Shown in pieces: positions 38,167 to 47,851 of a stretch of 64,000 nucleotides of DNA; position 1 is the stretch's first letter, and each line of letters starts with the position of its first letter. The notes under the pieces were generated by a model. That model saw only the letters and a program-made list of their open reading frames with translations. It made no database searches and was not told the DNA's origin. A program made the position numbers and the translations under genes. This DNA comes from an uncultured Spirochaetota bacterium. GTDB taxonomy: Bacteria > Spirochaetota > Spirochaetia > SZUA-6 > Fen-1364. Location of the stretch: NCBI GenBank assembly GCA_963781885.1, contig CAWAHW010000002.1:128001-192000 (forward strand). The letters are read 5' to 3'.

Positions 38167-39032
38167 TCGCGATTGCCAACGGGTTCTGGGGTGCCGCGAT
38201 CTCGGAGACGGGCGCCGAGATGAAGAGCCTCGCCAATCTCAAGACCGGTCAGGAGCACATCTGGCACGGCGATCCGACATGGTGGAACGGCTCAGCCCCG
38301 GTGCTTTTTCCCATCATCGGGGGGCTGAAAGACGGCGCGTACACATTCGAAGGGAAGCAGTACAAACTGCCGTCTCATGGGTTCGCGCGGGGCAGCGAGT
38401 TCATGGTGACCCGGGCCGGGTCGGACTTCGCGGAGCTCGTGCTCGCGTCCAACCCGAAGACACGGGAAAACTACCCCTTCGATTTCTCCCTGAAGGTGTC
38501 TTTCGGTCTAGAGCGCTCGGGCGTCGCCATTCGATATGAAGTCACCAACACGGGGTCGTCGCGCATGTTTTTCTCCATCGGGTCGCATCCCGCGTTCGTG
38601 GTTCCGTTTGCCGGGGGCGCGCTTGAAAACTACTACGTGCTCTTCGAGCGCGAGGAGAGCATCGAGCGCTGGTTCTTCAAGGACGGCATCATCCTGGCGG
38701 GCAAGACCGAGGAGGTGCTGGACAACAGCCGCACCCTCAACCTCACCCGATCGATGTTCGACGACGGCATCATGATCTTCAAGCACCCGGCCTCGCGCGA
38801 GTTCGCCATCGCCAACAGCCGCGGCGCGCACGCGGTCCGGGTGGTGACCGAGGGTGTGCCCTACCTGGGGATCTGGTCGAAGCCCGGAGGTGCGCCCTTT
38901 CTCTGCATCGAGCCGTGGCATGGCATCCCCGACATGAGCGACGCGACGGGAAACCTCGTGGAGAAGGAAGGCATCGTCGGGCTCGACCCCCGCGCGATCT
39001 TTTCGACCGGTTATCGCGTGGAGATCGAATAG
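38163..39032 (+). CDS. Aldose 1-epimerase family (LacX-like)
   Basis: 'GAEMKS', 'APVLFPIIG', 'HGFAR', 'YPFDF', 'GSHPAF', 'FLCIEPW'. Confidence 0.9.
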   Translation: MIAIANGFWGAAISETGAEMKSLANLKTGQEHIWHGDPTWWNGSAPVLFPIIGGLKDGAYTFEGKQYKLPSHGFARGSEFMVTRAGSDFAELVLASNPKTRENYPFDFSLKVSFGLERSGVAIRYEVTNTGSSRMFFSIGSHPAFVVPFAGGALENYYVLFEREESIERWFFKDGIILAGKTEEVLDNSRTLNLTRSMFDDGIMIFKHPASREFAIANSRGAHAVRVVTEGVPYLGIWSKPGGAPFLCIEPWHGIPDMSDATGNLVEKEGIVGLDPRAIFSTGYRVEIE

Positions 39033-39103
39033 CCTCACTCCCGCCGAAACCTCCGATTTGTTCGCGCGCGGGGTATTCCTTATATTAGGCGGGGGATCAA
39101 CAC

Positions 39104-40138
39104 ATGAGTGACTACCTGCCTTCCGCCAATCGCTACGCGTCAATGCTGTACAGAAGATGCGGGAAAAGCGGCCTGCGGCTGCCTGCTCTTTCCCTGGGAC
39201 TGTGGCATAACTTCGGTGGCGCGACGCCTCAGGAAAATGCCCGGCGGATGATCTTCCGTGCGTTCGACCTCGGCATCACGCATTTCGACCTGGCAAACAA
39301 TTACGGCCCTCCCCCGGGGTCCGCGGAGGAGAACTTCGGAAAGATCCTCGCCCAGGATCTTGCCGGTCACCGCGACCAAATGATCGTCTCCACGAAGGCC
39401 GGCTACCTCATGTGGCCGGGCCCGTACGGGGAATGGGGCTCGCGAAAATACATCCTGGCGAGCCTCGATCAAAGCTTGAAACGGATGGGGCTCGACTACG
39501 TCGATATCTTCTATTCCCACCGCCTGGACCCCGATACGCCGCTGGAGGAGACGCTCGGCGCGTTGCACAGCGCCGTGCAGCAGGGCAAGGCCTTGTACGT
39601 GGGCGTCTCTTCCTACTCCGCGGCCATGACGCGCAAGGCCTCGACGATTCTCCGGTCCCTCGGGACCCCGTGCCTCATCCACCAACCCTCGTATTCCATG
39701 CTGAACCGGTGGATCGAGAAGGGGCTGCTGGACGTCCTGGGCGAGGAAGGGATCGGCTGCATCGCCTTCTCGCCCCTGGCGCAGGGGATGCTTTCGGACA
39801 AATATCTTGCCGGCATTCCGGCCGGCACGAGGGCCGGGACGCAGGGCACGGCGCTGGACAAGAAGCTGTTGACGGAGGAGAACCTTCGACACATCAAGGC
39901 GCTGAATACAATCGCGAAGGCGCGCGGGCAGAGCCTCTCCCAGATGGCGCTCGCGTGGGTCCTGCGCGACACACGCGTCACCTCCGCACTGGTGGGAGCG
40001 AGCAGCCCGGCGCAGATCTCCGAGAGCGTCGCGGCCCTCTCGAACCTTCGTTTCACCACGGAGGAGATCGCGCGGATCGACAAGGACGCCGTGGAGGGCG
40101 GCATCAATCTTTGGGCGCAATCCAGCGACGCCGGCTGA
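39104..40138 (+). CDS. gpr: L-glyceraldehyde-3-phosphate reductase (YghZ-type aldo-keto reductase)
   Basis: 'CGKSGLRLPALSLGLWHNFG', 'FDLANNYGPPPGSAE', 'STKAGYLMWPGPYG', 'IHQPSYS'. Confidence 0.9.
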   Translation: MSDYLPSANRYASMLYRRCGKSGLRLPALSLGLWHNFGGATPQENARRMIFRAFDLGITHFDLANNYGPPPGSAEENFGKILAQDLAGHRDQMIVSTKAGYLMWPGPYGEWGSRKYILASLDQSLKRMGLDYVDIFYSHRLDPDTPLEETLGALHSAVQQGKALYVGVSSYSAAMTRKASTILRSLGTPCLIHQPSYSMLNRWIEKGLLDVLGEEGIGCIAFSPLAQGMLSDKYLAGIPAGTRAGTQGTALDKKLLTEENLRHIKALNTIAKARGQSLSQMALAWVLRDTRVTSALVGASSPAQISESVAALSNLRFTTEEIARIDKDAVEGGINLWAQSSDAG

Positions 40139-40226
40139 CGGTGACCGGCGAAGTGCGGTTTTTCCACCCGACGCATTGACGCGGCCCGTTGATCCGAATA
40201 ACCTTGCGCTCGAAGGAACCACGTTG

Positions 40227-40523
40227 ATGGCAATCGACCAGAACCGCTTCGAGGCCCAGGTGAGCGAGGTCCTCGCGTCATTCGATTTCAATCTCGTTCA
40301 CCGGGTCATGGAATTTCTAGACTGGACGTGGGCGAATCTCGATCGCATCCCGACGAAAAAGGAGCTTGTGGCCGAGGCAGGGCGGCTCCTGAGGGAGCTG
40401 GCGGGATCCCCCGGGGTCCTGGGCAGCGGCGGTCTGCGGGCGAGCTTCAAGGAAGACGGGACGCTCAGCCTCAAGTTCATCGTGAGCGAGAGCTGGTCCG
40501 ATCTGGCCGAGGACGCCCGTTAG
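40227..40523 (+). CDS. Hypothetical protein
   Basis: 98-aa ORF with SD AAGGA and protein-like composition filling the gap; 'FDFNLVHRVMEFLDWTW'. Confidence 0.7.
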   Translation: MAIDQNRFEAQVSEVLASFDFNLVHRVMEFLDWTWANLDRIPTKKELVAEAGRLLRELAGSPGVLGSGGLRASFKEDGTLSLKFIVSESWSDLAEDAR

Positions 40524-40541
40524 GCCCCTTTCTGCCCGCTC

Positions 40542-40570
40542 TTGACTTATTTTTACTAGTAGAATACTAT
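40542..40570 (+). promoter_or_regulatory. sigma70-type promoter of iclR-family gene
   Basis: TTGACT-N17-TACTAT, with imperfect palindrome TTTTACTAGTAGAA in the spacer. Confidence 0.65.
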
Positions 40571-40588
40571 TTGATAAGAGATGAAGAG

Positions 40589-41443
40589 ATGAAGGATCGC
40601 AGTCGTATCAAGAAGCCCGTTCGCACCTATTCGGCACCCGCGGTCGACAGGACGCTCGACATCCTGGAATACATGGCGGCGCACCCGCGTCCCTTCGGTA
40701 CCACGGAGCTCTCACGCAGCCTCAACATACCGATCAATTCCGTATTCCGCATCCTCAAACGCCTGACGGACCGCGCCTATACGGTGCAGGATCCCTTTTC
40801 CGACGGCTACCAGCTCAGCACGAAGGTTTTCACCCTCGGCATGAGCCTGTATGTCAGGTTCGAGCTGCGCCAGCGCGTCCGGCCTCATCTCGAATGGCTC
40901 TGCCGGGAAACCGAGGAGACCTGCCAGCTCCAGGTCCCGCAGGGGGACAAGATGCTGGTGCTGGACACCATCAGCCCCGAGGTCCAGTACTACATCCGGG
41001 TGGTGCCGGGCGGACTCGTTCACTATCACCCCAATGCCTTTGGAAAGGCGGTGCTCGCCTTCGATACCGAGGAGGAGATCAAGCGCCTCATCCCGCCGAG
41101 GCTGCCGGGGTTGACGCCGCACACCATCGTCCTGCGCACGGAACTCTTGAAGCAGCTCGAGAACGTGCGCAGGACGGGTCTCGCGTACGACAACGAGGAA
41201 TACAACGAGGGGATCAGGTGCGTCGGCGCGCCGGTCTTCGACGTGGAAGGCAAGGTCGTGGCGGGTCTCGGGGTCACGGGGCTCGTGTTCACCTTCCGCA
41301 ACCAAAGGCTGGCGGCGTTCGAGCAGCTCGTGCTCGAATGCGCCTTCCGCGTCTCCCGGGACATCGGGTACACGGGCGGCTTCTTCACCGACAAGATCGC
41401 GCGCCCCTTTTCCAACCAGCTCCAGAAGGCCGGCGGCTCCTGA
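40589..41443 (+). CDS. IclR family regulator
   Basis: 'APAVDRTLDILE', HTH, 'GKAVLAF', 'DNEE...GIRCVGAPVFD'. Confidence 0.93.
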   Translation: MKDRSRIKKPVRTYSAPAVDRTLDILEYMAAHPRPFGTTELSRSLNIPINSVFRILKRLTDRAYTVQDPFSDGYQLSTKVFTLGMSLYVRFELRQRVRPHLEWLCRETEETCQLQVPQGDKMLVLDTISPEVQYYIRVVPGGLVHYHPNAFGKAVLAFDTEEEIKRLIPPRLPGLTPHTIVLRTELLKQLENVRRTGLAYDNEEYNEGIRCVGAPVFDVEGKVVAGLGVTGLVFTFRNQRLAAFEQLVLECAFRVSRDIGYTGGFFTDKIARPFSNQLQKAGGS

Positions 41444-41456
41444 TCTTCAGGCCTGC

Positions 41457-42494
41457 TCAGGCCCTGATCGGGTAACGGCCGAGCTCCCGCCACGTCGTGA
41501 GCAACGCTCGATAATTCTCCGGCGTGACCGACGAGTGGATTGAGTTGCTCGACGAGAGGATGAAACCTCCGCCCGGCGCGCCGACCCGCAGCGCATGGCG
41601 CGTGGCGGCGGCGACTTGGTCGGGCGTGCCGAGGGTCATCAGGTGCGCGCAGTCTACATTGCCCTTGAGCGCAATGAGCGCCCCCAGCTTTGCCTTCACT
41701 TCCGCGAGGTCCATGCCGGCGACGGGATCGATGGGATCAAGGCAGTCGATGCCCGATTCCACGATCATGTCCATGAGCGGCCAGATCATGCCGTCGGTGT
41801 GCTTGATGACACGGAGGCCCAGCGCCTTGAACCCCTGCACGACGCGACGCAGGCCGGGCGCGAACAAGGCGCGAAAGTGCGCCGGTGACATCAGAGGCCC
41901 GCTGTCCCCGGCATAGTCGTCCCCCGTGTAGACGACCTTCGCGCCCCGTTGCGCGACCTCCTTCGCCATCGCCAGGTTGACGTCCACCGACATCTCGACC
42001 ATGGCGGCGACAAGGGTCGGCTCGGAGACGATTGCCATGAGGAGGTTTTCGTATCCCATGAGGGAGCGGGGGATGGAAAAGACGTCGTTCAGATGGACGA
42101 TCACCGCCTTCCGCCCGGCGTAGTCGCGGAGCGTCTTCTCCACGTGGAAGTAGCGTCCGGCGGCATGCGGATCAGGCGGTACGTAGCGCTCGAAGTCCCG
42201 CATGGTCCGTATCGGCGATTCGACCTCTATGCCATGCTCCTCCGCTGACTCCTGCACGGTGTATCCCCACTCCGTGCGCCATCGCCCCGGTCCGGCGGGC
42301 GCCCTGGTCCAGTCGGGCTCCGCGATCACGGCGTCAAGCCCCATGCGGTCGGCGAAATCATTCAGCGAGATGCATCCCGGGGCGAGGGCTGCGCGCACCT
42401 TCCTGTCGATGGCCCATTCGAAATGGGGCACCCTGTCGGGCTCCTTGCGATCCAGCACCCGAAGGATCCGTTCCTCACCCGTCATGTCCGCCAT
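41457..42494 (-). CDS. URO-D / MtaA-like family protein
   Basis: 'EPDRVP', 'GDDYA...GPLMSP', 'KHTDG', 'LKGNVD', 'PGGGFILSSSNSI'. Confidence 0.85.
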   Translation of the reverse strand: MADMTGEERILRVLDRKEPDRVPHFEWAIDRKVRAALAPGCISLNDFADRMGLDAVIAEPDWTRAPAGPGRWRTEWGYTVQESAEEHGIEVESPIRTMRDFERYVPPDPHAAGRYFHVEKTLRDYAGRKAVIVHLNDVFSIPRSLMGYENLLMAIVSEPTLVAAMVEMSVDVNLAMAKEVAQRGAKVVYTGDDYAGDSGPLMSPAHFRALFAPGLRRVVQGFKALGLRVIKHTDGMIWPLMDMIVESGIDCLDPIDPVAGMDLAEVKAKLGALIALKGNVDCAHLMTLGTPDQVAAATRHALRVGAPGGGFILSSSNSIHSSVTPENYRALLTTWRELGRYPIRA

Positions 42495-42639
42495 TCGGTG
42501 CCTCCGATGATGATTTCACCACCCAAGTAAAAAATATCATATCATATTTAAAATCTACTTGACAAATGGAATTTTACAAGTCATAGTCCGATTTGGTTTG
42601 ATCCTGACAGATGATGCGTGAACGAGGGAGGTGCTTTGC

Positions 42640-43389
42640 ATGAGTGAATCTTTGAAGGGAAAAGTCGCCGTCATCTCCGCTGTCGGCTCGGGCTTTGCCA
42701 AGGCGACCGCGGAGCTTTTTGCGAAACTGGACAAGGTGAATCTCGTCGTCTTCGACATCGATGAAGCCGCGCTCAAGACCACGGTGGCCAACTGTCAGGC
42801 CGCGGGTTCCAGGGTTGTTTCGTTCAAGGGGGATGCCACGAAGCCCGAGACATTCGAGCGCGCGCTTTCGGAGAGCATCGGCAATTTTGGCAAGGTGGAT
42901 TTCCTCATCAATTACGCCGGCGGGGCGGTCAAGGTGGCCCCCATCGAGGAGATGGATGACGCGGTGAACCGCAAGATCATCGATCTCAACCTCATGAGCA
43001 CGATCATGAGCTGCCGCACCTTCACTCCCCAGTTCAAGAAGCAGGGGTACGGGAAGATCATCAACGTGTCCAGCGCGTGCGACCGGCGTTCATGGCAGGG
43101 CTGGTCGGTCTACTCCGCGGCGAAGGCCGGGGTCAATGCGTTCACAAAGTGCCTTTACACGGAATTGCGTCCGTTGGGGATCGCGGTGACGCTCCTGGTG
43201 CCGGGCGGTTCCAACACCGGATTCCAGAAGGCAGCCCAGGGCGTCGACAAGTTCGAATGGGACGAGTCCCTCGCGGTGAGGCCCGAGCACTTCGCCGACA
43301 TGGTCTACCAGACCTGCGCGCTGACAAGGGGCGGCTGCGTATCCGAGATGCTCGTGTATGGCCTGGCGCAGGACGTGAGCGGGTTCTGA
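42640..43389 (+). CDS. SDR oxidoreductase
   Basis: Atypical cofactor loop SAVGSGFA, 'INYAG', YSAAK; TTGACA promoter upstream. Confidence 0.85.
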   Translation: MSESLKGKVAVISAVGSGFAKATAELFAKLDKVNLVVFDIDEAALKTTVANCQAAGSRVVSFKGDATKPETFERALSESIGNFGKVDFLINYAGGAVKVAPIEEMDDAVNRKIIDLNLMSTIMSCRTFTPQFKKQGYGKIINVSSACDRRSWQGWSVYSAAKAGVNAFTKCLYTELRPLGIAVTLLVPGGSNTGFQKAAQGVDKFEWDESLAVRPEHFADMVYQTCALTRGGCVSEMLVYGLAQDVSGF

Positions 43390-43390
43390 C

Positions 43391-43900
43391 ATGAAAGAAA
43401 TCGCCTGGAAAAAGCTGAGTCTGGAGGCTTTCGCTCCCTTTGGGGCGTATGCGCGGATGCTGAACCCTTCGGCCCTGAAGATCGGCGCGGAGCCAATCGA
43501 GTTTTTCCGCGACATGATCCAATCCCAGTTGGGCACGACCTCACTTGCGTCCTTCGGTGTCTGCCGCGTGGTGAAAAGGCCGTGCGTCGTGGACGTGTCC
43601 GAGTACCACGACACCTGCTGCGAGATCGTGCTTCCCTTGGACGGCGACGTCCTGATGCACGTGGCGCCGGCGGTACCCGAGAAAGAGTTTCCTTTCGACC
43701 GGGCCGAGGTGTTTTTCGTGCCGAAGGGAACGATTTGCTGTCTGCGCCCGGGCGTGTGGCACCACGCTCCTTTCGCTCATGCAACGCAGGTCGTCAACTG
43801 TCTGGTCGTCCTTCCAGAGCGCACCTATATGAACGACTGCACGGTCTACCCGTTCCCGGCGGAAGAGCGGATCAGGATTGTCGGCGAGGGCGTGCTTTGA
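43391..43900 (+). CDS. Ureidoglycolate lyase-like cupin
   Basis: 'LSLEAFAPFG', 'EYH', 'PGVWHHAPF'. Confidence 0.72.
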   Translation: MKEIAWKKLSLEAFAPFGAYARMLNPSALKIGAEPIEFFRDMIQSQLGTTSLASFGVCRVVKRPCVVDVSEYHDTCCEIVLPLDGDVLMHVAPAVPEKEFPFDRAEVFFVPKGTICCLRPGVWHHAPFAHATQVVNCLVVLPERTYMNDCTVYPFPAEERIRIVGEGVL

Positions 43901-44167
43901 ATGCGCAATGTCATTTTTTATTTAGAATACGATTGGATTTTGGAGGTCGGTCTTGCTTAATTTATTTTGTAACAGTACTTTAGGACATTTGATATTTGAA
44001 ATAAGATTTTTCTTGACAAATATGTATGCGCACAGCAGAATGCCATCAAGAAAACCATCTTGAAAAAAAGGAGGTGGGAGAACGCAGCAGAACAACGGAT
44101 CAAGGGCTTGGATTGTGAAAGTTGAGTGTACCGGTTTCCACAAACGTATCGAGGAGGGAGAGATCAC

Positions 44168-45193
44168 ATGAAGAAGACAGTCCTGTTGCTCGTCGCGCTC
44201 GCGCTCCTGGCCCCCATGGCATTCGCCAATGGCGGCGCAGAGAAGGCGAAGCCCATGAAGATCGCGTTCTTTGTATCAGATCTGAGCAACGTGTTTCACC
44301 AGGGGCAATTCGCGGAAGCGAAGAAGTACGCCAAGGAAAAGTACAACGCCGACGTGTACGCGTTTGACGGCAAGTCCGATTCCGCCGTCATGACGGCGAA
44401 CATCGACCAGGTCGTGGCTCAGGGCATGGATGCGGCCACCCTCCACATCTGGGACGGCGATGCCGCGACCCCTGGCGTTCAAGCTGCCATCAAGAAGGGC
44501 ATCATCATGACCGCGTTCTTCAGCCCGGTGGGCCAGACCGGGATCCCCGTGGCCCGCAGCGATGAGAAAGGCGTTTCTTTTGCCATGGGCGCGGAGATGG
44601 CCAAGCAGTGGAAGGCCGCATTCCCGAACAAGCCCATCGTGATGGTTGAGCTCGGATGGCCCGACAACACGGAAGTGAAGTCGGGACGCACCGACCCCTT
44701 CGTCCAGGGTGTCCTGTCCGTGGATCCTTCGGCGAAAGATCTCGGCTGCCAGGATGCGAGCAAGGGACCCGACACAGCCAAGCAGATCGTCACCGATCTC
44801 ATGACCACGCACCCCGAAGTCAACCTGATCGACTCCGAGGCGGGCAACCTGACCGTCGGCACGATGGCAGCGCTGACGCAGGCCGGCAGGGGCAAGTTCA
44901 ACAACGGCAAGCCGCTCACGGAAATCGTCTGCAGCTGCGACTTCGACTCGGTCGAGATCAAGGAAGTCTACGATGCCAATAGCTCGCTGAAGCTCTCCCT
45001 GGGGCTTCCCCCGATTGAAACGGCACGGGGAAGAATCGACCTGATCATGGACATCAAGAACGGCAAGGTGAAGCAGATTTCACAACCCGCGGAAGAATAC
45101 TTTTACAAGGCGTACAACATCTCCTATTGGACGATGCCGCGGGCCGATGCGGTGAAATGGCTGAACAGCCAATTCGGGACCACCGTTCAGTAG
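44168..45193 (+). CDS. Sugar ABC substrate-binding protein
   Basis: Signal MKKTVLL...FANGGAE; type I binding-protein pattern 'DLSNVFH'; SD GAGGAGG. Confidence 0.88.
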   Translation: MKKTVLLLVALALLAPMAFANGGAEKAKPMKIAFFVSDLSNVFHQGQFAEAKKYAKEKYNADVYAFDGKSDSAVMTANIDQVVAQGMDAATLHIWDGDAATPGVQAAIKKGIIMTAFFSPVGQTGIPVARSDEKGVSFAMGAEMAKQWKAAFPNKPIVMVELGWPDNTEVKSGRTDPFVQGVLSVDPSAKDLGCQDASKGPDTAKQIVTDLMTTHPEVNLIDSEAGNLTVGTMAALTQAGRGKFNNGKPLTEIVCSCDFDSVEIKEVYDANSSLKLSLGLPPIETARGRIDLIMDIKNGKVKQISQPAEEYFYKAYNISYWTMPRADAVKWLNSQFGTTVQ

Positions 45194-45227
45194 CTTGATC
45201 GAAGCCTAAGAAAGCAGCAGTCTACCG

Positions 45228-45254
45228 AAGGGGGAGGCGGAAGCCTCCCCCTTT
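45228..45254 (+). terminator. Intra-operon hairpin after the SBP gene (partial terminator or mRNA stabiliser)
   Basis: AAGGGGGAGGC-GGAA-GCCTCCCCCTT, short U tract. Confidence 0.65.
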
Positions 45255-45274
45255 CGCAGCAGGGGGGCGGATGC

Positions 45275-46789
45275 ATGAAGCTGACGGACAACGTCCTGGA
45301 AATCAGAGACCTCGTGAAGGATTTCCCCAGCGTACGGGCGGTCAATAACGTCAGTTTCGACATCAAGAGGAACACCGTGCATTGCCTGGTGGGAGAGAAC
45401 GGGGCGGGCAAATCCACCCTCATCAAGATCCTCACCGGCGCCTCGATGCGTTCGAGCGGCAGCATTCTCCTGAACGGGATGGCATACACCCCGCACAGCA
45501 CGCGCGACGCGAAGCAGAAAGGCATCAGCACGCTGTTCCAGGAATTGAACGTGGTGGATCAGCTCACCGTGGAGGAAAACCTCACACTCGGCATGGAGGA
45601 CACGACCTTTGGATTCCTCCGCAAAACGGACAAGATCAATACGATGGTGAGCGTGATGAACAGCCTCGAACCGTCCATCAGGCCGCGGCAGCTCGTCTCC
45701 ACCTTGAGCGTCGCGAAAAAACAGATCGTGGAGATCGCGAAGGCTGTCGCCACGGAGTCTGACATCATCATCATGGATGAGCCGACTGCCGCGATCTCCG
45801 AAAGCGAAATCAAGAGATTGTTCGCCATCATCAAGAGCCTCCGAGAAAAGAACGTGACCGTCATCTACATATCGCACAGGCTCGACGAGATTTTCGAACT
45901 GGGCGACTACGTGACGGTCATGCGCGATGGAAAGCATATCGACACCAAGCTCGTGTCGGAGATCAAGGACCGATCGGAGCTGGTCAAGATGATGATCGGA
46001 AAGACCGTTTTCGAGCAGTACACGCCCAAAGAGGGCGAATGCAGGGACGCCATCCTCCAGGTCAGGCACCTCACCAACCACAAGCTCAACGACATTTCCT
46101 TCGAGGTCCACCAGGGAGAGATCGTTGGATTCTACGGCCTCGTGGGCGCCGGAAAGACCGAGCTCGCGCGTGCAATCTACGGGGTCGACCCTTACGAGGG
46201 GGATATCCTCTTCAAGGGCAGGAAGCTGCCGCCCTTCCCCGACAAGGTCATCGCCGCGGGGATCGCGCTTGTGCCGGAGGAGCGACGCTCGCAGGGGCTT
46301 TTCACCATCCTCACCATCCGCGGCAATGTGCCCGTCATGAACATGAAAAAAATCTCCCGCAACGGTTTCATCGACGCGGGGCAGGAGAGAAGGGTCACGC
46401 TCGACTACATCGACAAGCTCAGGATTTCCACGAACAGCACGGAGAAGGAAGCGTCGCAGCTCTCCGGGGGCAACCAGCAAAAAGTGGTCCTGGCCAAGTG
46501 CCTTTTTGCGGACGCGGACCTGCTCATGCTCGACGAGCCCACACGCGGCATCGACGTGGGGGCGAAGAGCGAGATCTACGGCATCATCCGCCAGCTTTCC
46601 CATGAGGGGAAATCCATCATGATCTTTTCCTCGGAGCTGCCCGAGGTCGTCAACATATGCGACAGCATCTACCTGCTCTATGACGGGAGCATGAAGGCCA
46701 CCATAAGGAATGGCTGCGACATCGACAGCGAAAAGATCCTCCATATCGTCACGGGCGGAGATGTCACCTCTGGTGACGGCGGGGAATGA
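45275..46789 (+). CDS. Sugar ABC ATP-binding protein (two-domain, RbsA-like)
   Basis: GENGAGKS, MDEPTAA, YISHRLDE, LSGGNQQK, DEPTRGIDVGAK. Confidence 0.95.
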   Translation: MKLTDNVLEIRDLVKDFPSVRAVNNVSFDIKRNTVHCLVGENGAGKSTLIKILTGASMRSSGSILLNGMAYTPHSTRDAKQKGISTLFQELNVVDQLTVEENLTLGMEDTTFGFLRKTDKINTMVSVMNSLEPSIRPRQLVSTLSVAKKQIVEIAKAVATESDIIIMDEPTAAISESEIKRLFAIIKSLREKNVTVIYISHRLDEIFELGDYVTVMRDGKHIDTKLVSEIKDRSELVKMMIGKTVFEQYTPKEGECRDAILQVRHLTNHKLNDISFEVHQGEIVGFYGLVGAGKTELARAIYGVDPYEGDILFKGRKLPPFPDKVIAAGIALVPEERRSQGLFTILTIRGNVPVMNMKKISRNGFIDAGQERRVTLDYIDKLRISTNSTEKEASQLSGGNQQKVVLAKCLFADADLLMLDEPTRGIDVGAKSEIYGIIRQLSHEGKSIMIFSSELPEVVNICDSIYLLYDGSMKATIRNGCDIDSEKILHIVTGGDVTSGDGGE

Positions 46790-47814
46790 ACGTGGAGACG
46801 AAGCGGGCGCGGAAAATGACGATCGGCGGCAGGATAAGCAACGAGTCGTTCATCACCCTGTTCATGATCGGCGTGCTCGTTGTCCTGTTCGGGGTTGCCT
46901 GCGCGGTTGTGCCGAGATTCTACCTGCCTCAGAACATGATCAATCTCCTCACGAACAACTGGTACATCATCATCCTGGGCATTGGCGTCACGTTCCTCCT
47001 GATCACCGGCAACTTCGACATGTCCGTGGGCGGCGTCATTGCCATGACGGGAGTCCTCTCCGTCTGGTTCTGCCAGGACGCCACCGTGCAGCAGAACTCG
47101 CTCGCCGTCGGCCTGGGGCTCCCCTATGGGGTCGCGGTCGCGCTCGCTCTGCTCTGTGCCATGGGCATCGGCGCCATCAACGCATTTTTCATCGCACGGC
47201 TGAAAGTGCCCTCCATCATCATCACGCTGGGCACGATGATGATCGCGCGCGGCGTTGCCCAGATCGCCGCGCAAGGGGCGCAGCGGAACACCAGCCTGCC
47301 CGATGTGTTCGGCGTGCTTGGCAACCTGACCATCCGGGGCACCTCCATCAAGCTCGCCGTGCTCATCATGGCGGCCCTCATCGTTGCCGCGTTCGTCTTT
47401 GAAAAAAAGACGGTTGCCGGCCGGAGGACCTACCTCATCGGCGCCAACTCCACGGCGGCGCGGCTCTCGGGCGTCAACGTGAGACGGCACCTCACCTCCC
47501 TGTTCATCATCAGCTCCCTCCTGGCGGGAATCACGGGGATACTGCTTTCATCCGAGTTCAAGGCGGGGGGGTCCAGCCGCGCGACGGGATACGAGTTCGA
47601 CGCGCTGGTGATCTCCCTGCTGGGGGGGGTCAGCATCGCGGGCGGGTTCGGCTCGGTGCTGGGGATGTTCGTCGGGGCGATTATTCTCTCCGTCGTGACC
47701 TCGGCGGCCACGGGTCTCCTTCTGTCGCCGGACTGGCAATTCACCATCAAGGGCGTCGTGACCTTCATCGCGATCCTTGCGCAGCGGTTTGCCCTGGACA
47801 AGAGGAAGGGTTGA
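46786..47814 (+). CDS. Sugar ABC permease
   Basis: 'GNFDMSVG', 'LLGGVSIAGG', multiple TM segments. Confidence 0.9.
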   Translation: MNVETKRARKMTIGGRISNESFITLFMIGVLVVLFGVACAVVPRFYLPQNMINLLTNNWYIIILGIGVTFLLITGNFDMSVGGVIAMTGVLSVWFCQDATVQQNSLAVGLGLPYGVAVALALLCAMGIGAINAFFIARLKVPSIIITLGTMMIARGVAQIAAQGAQRNTSLPDVFGVLGNLTIRGTSIKLAVLIMAALIVAAFVFEKKTVAGRRTYLIGANSTAARLSGVNVRRHLTSLFIISSLLAGITGILLSSEFKAGGSSRATGYEFDALVISLLGGVSIAGGFGSVLGMFVGAIILSVVTSAATGLLLSPDWQFTIKGVVTFIAILAQRFALDKRKG

Positions 47815-47851
47815 AAACTCCACGGGGTACCGTAGAAGGGAGCATGGTGAC

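Noticed and set aside
43901-44125. AT-rich intergenic region as an ncRNA or riboswitch
   Set aside because: No recognisable conserved riboswitch core or strong structure; explained by a TTGACA promoter and probable regulator sites.
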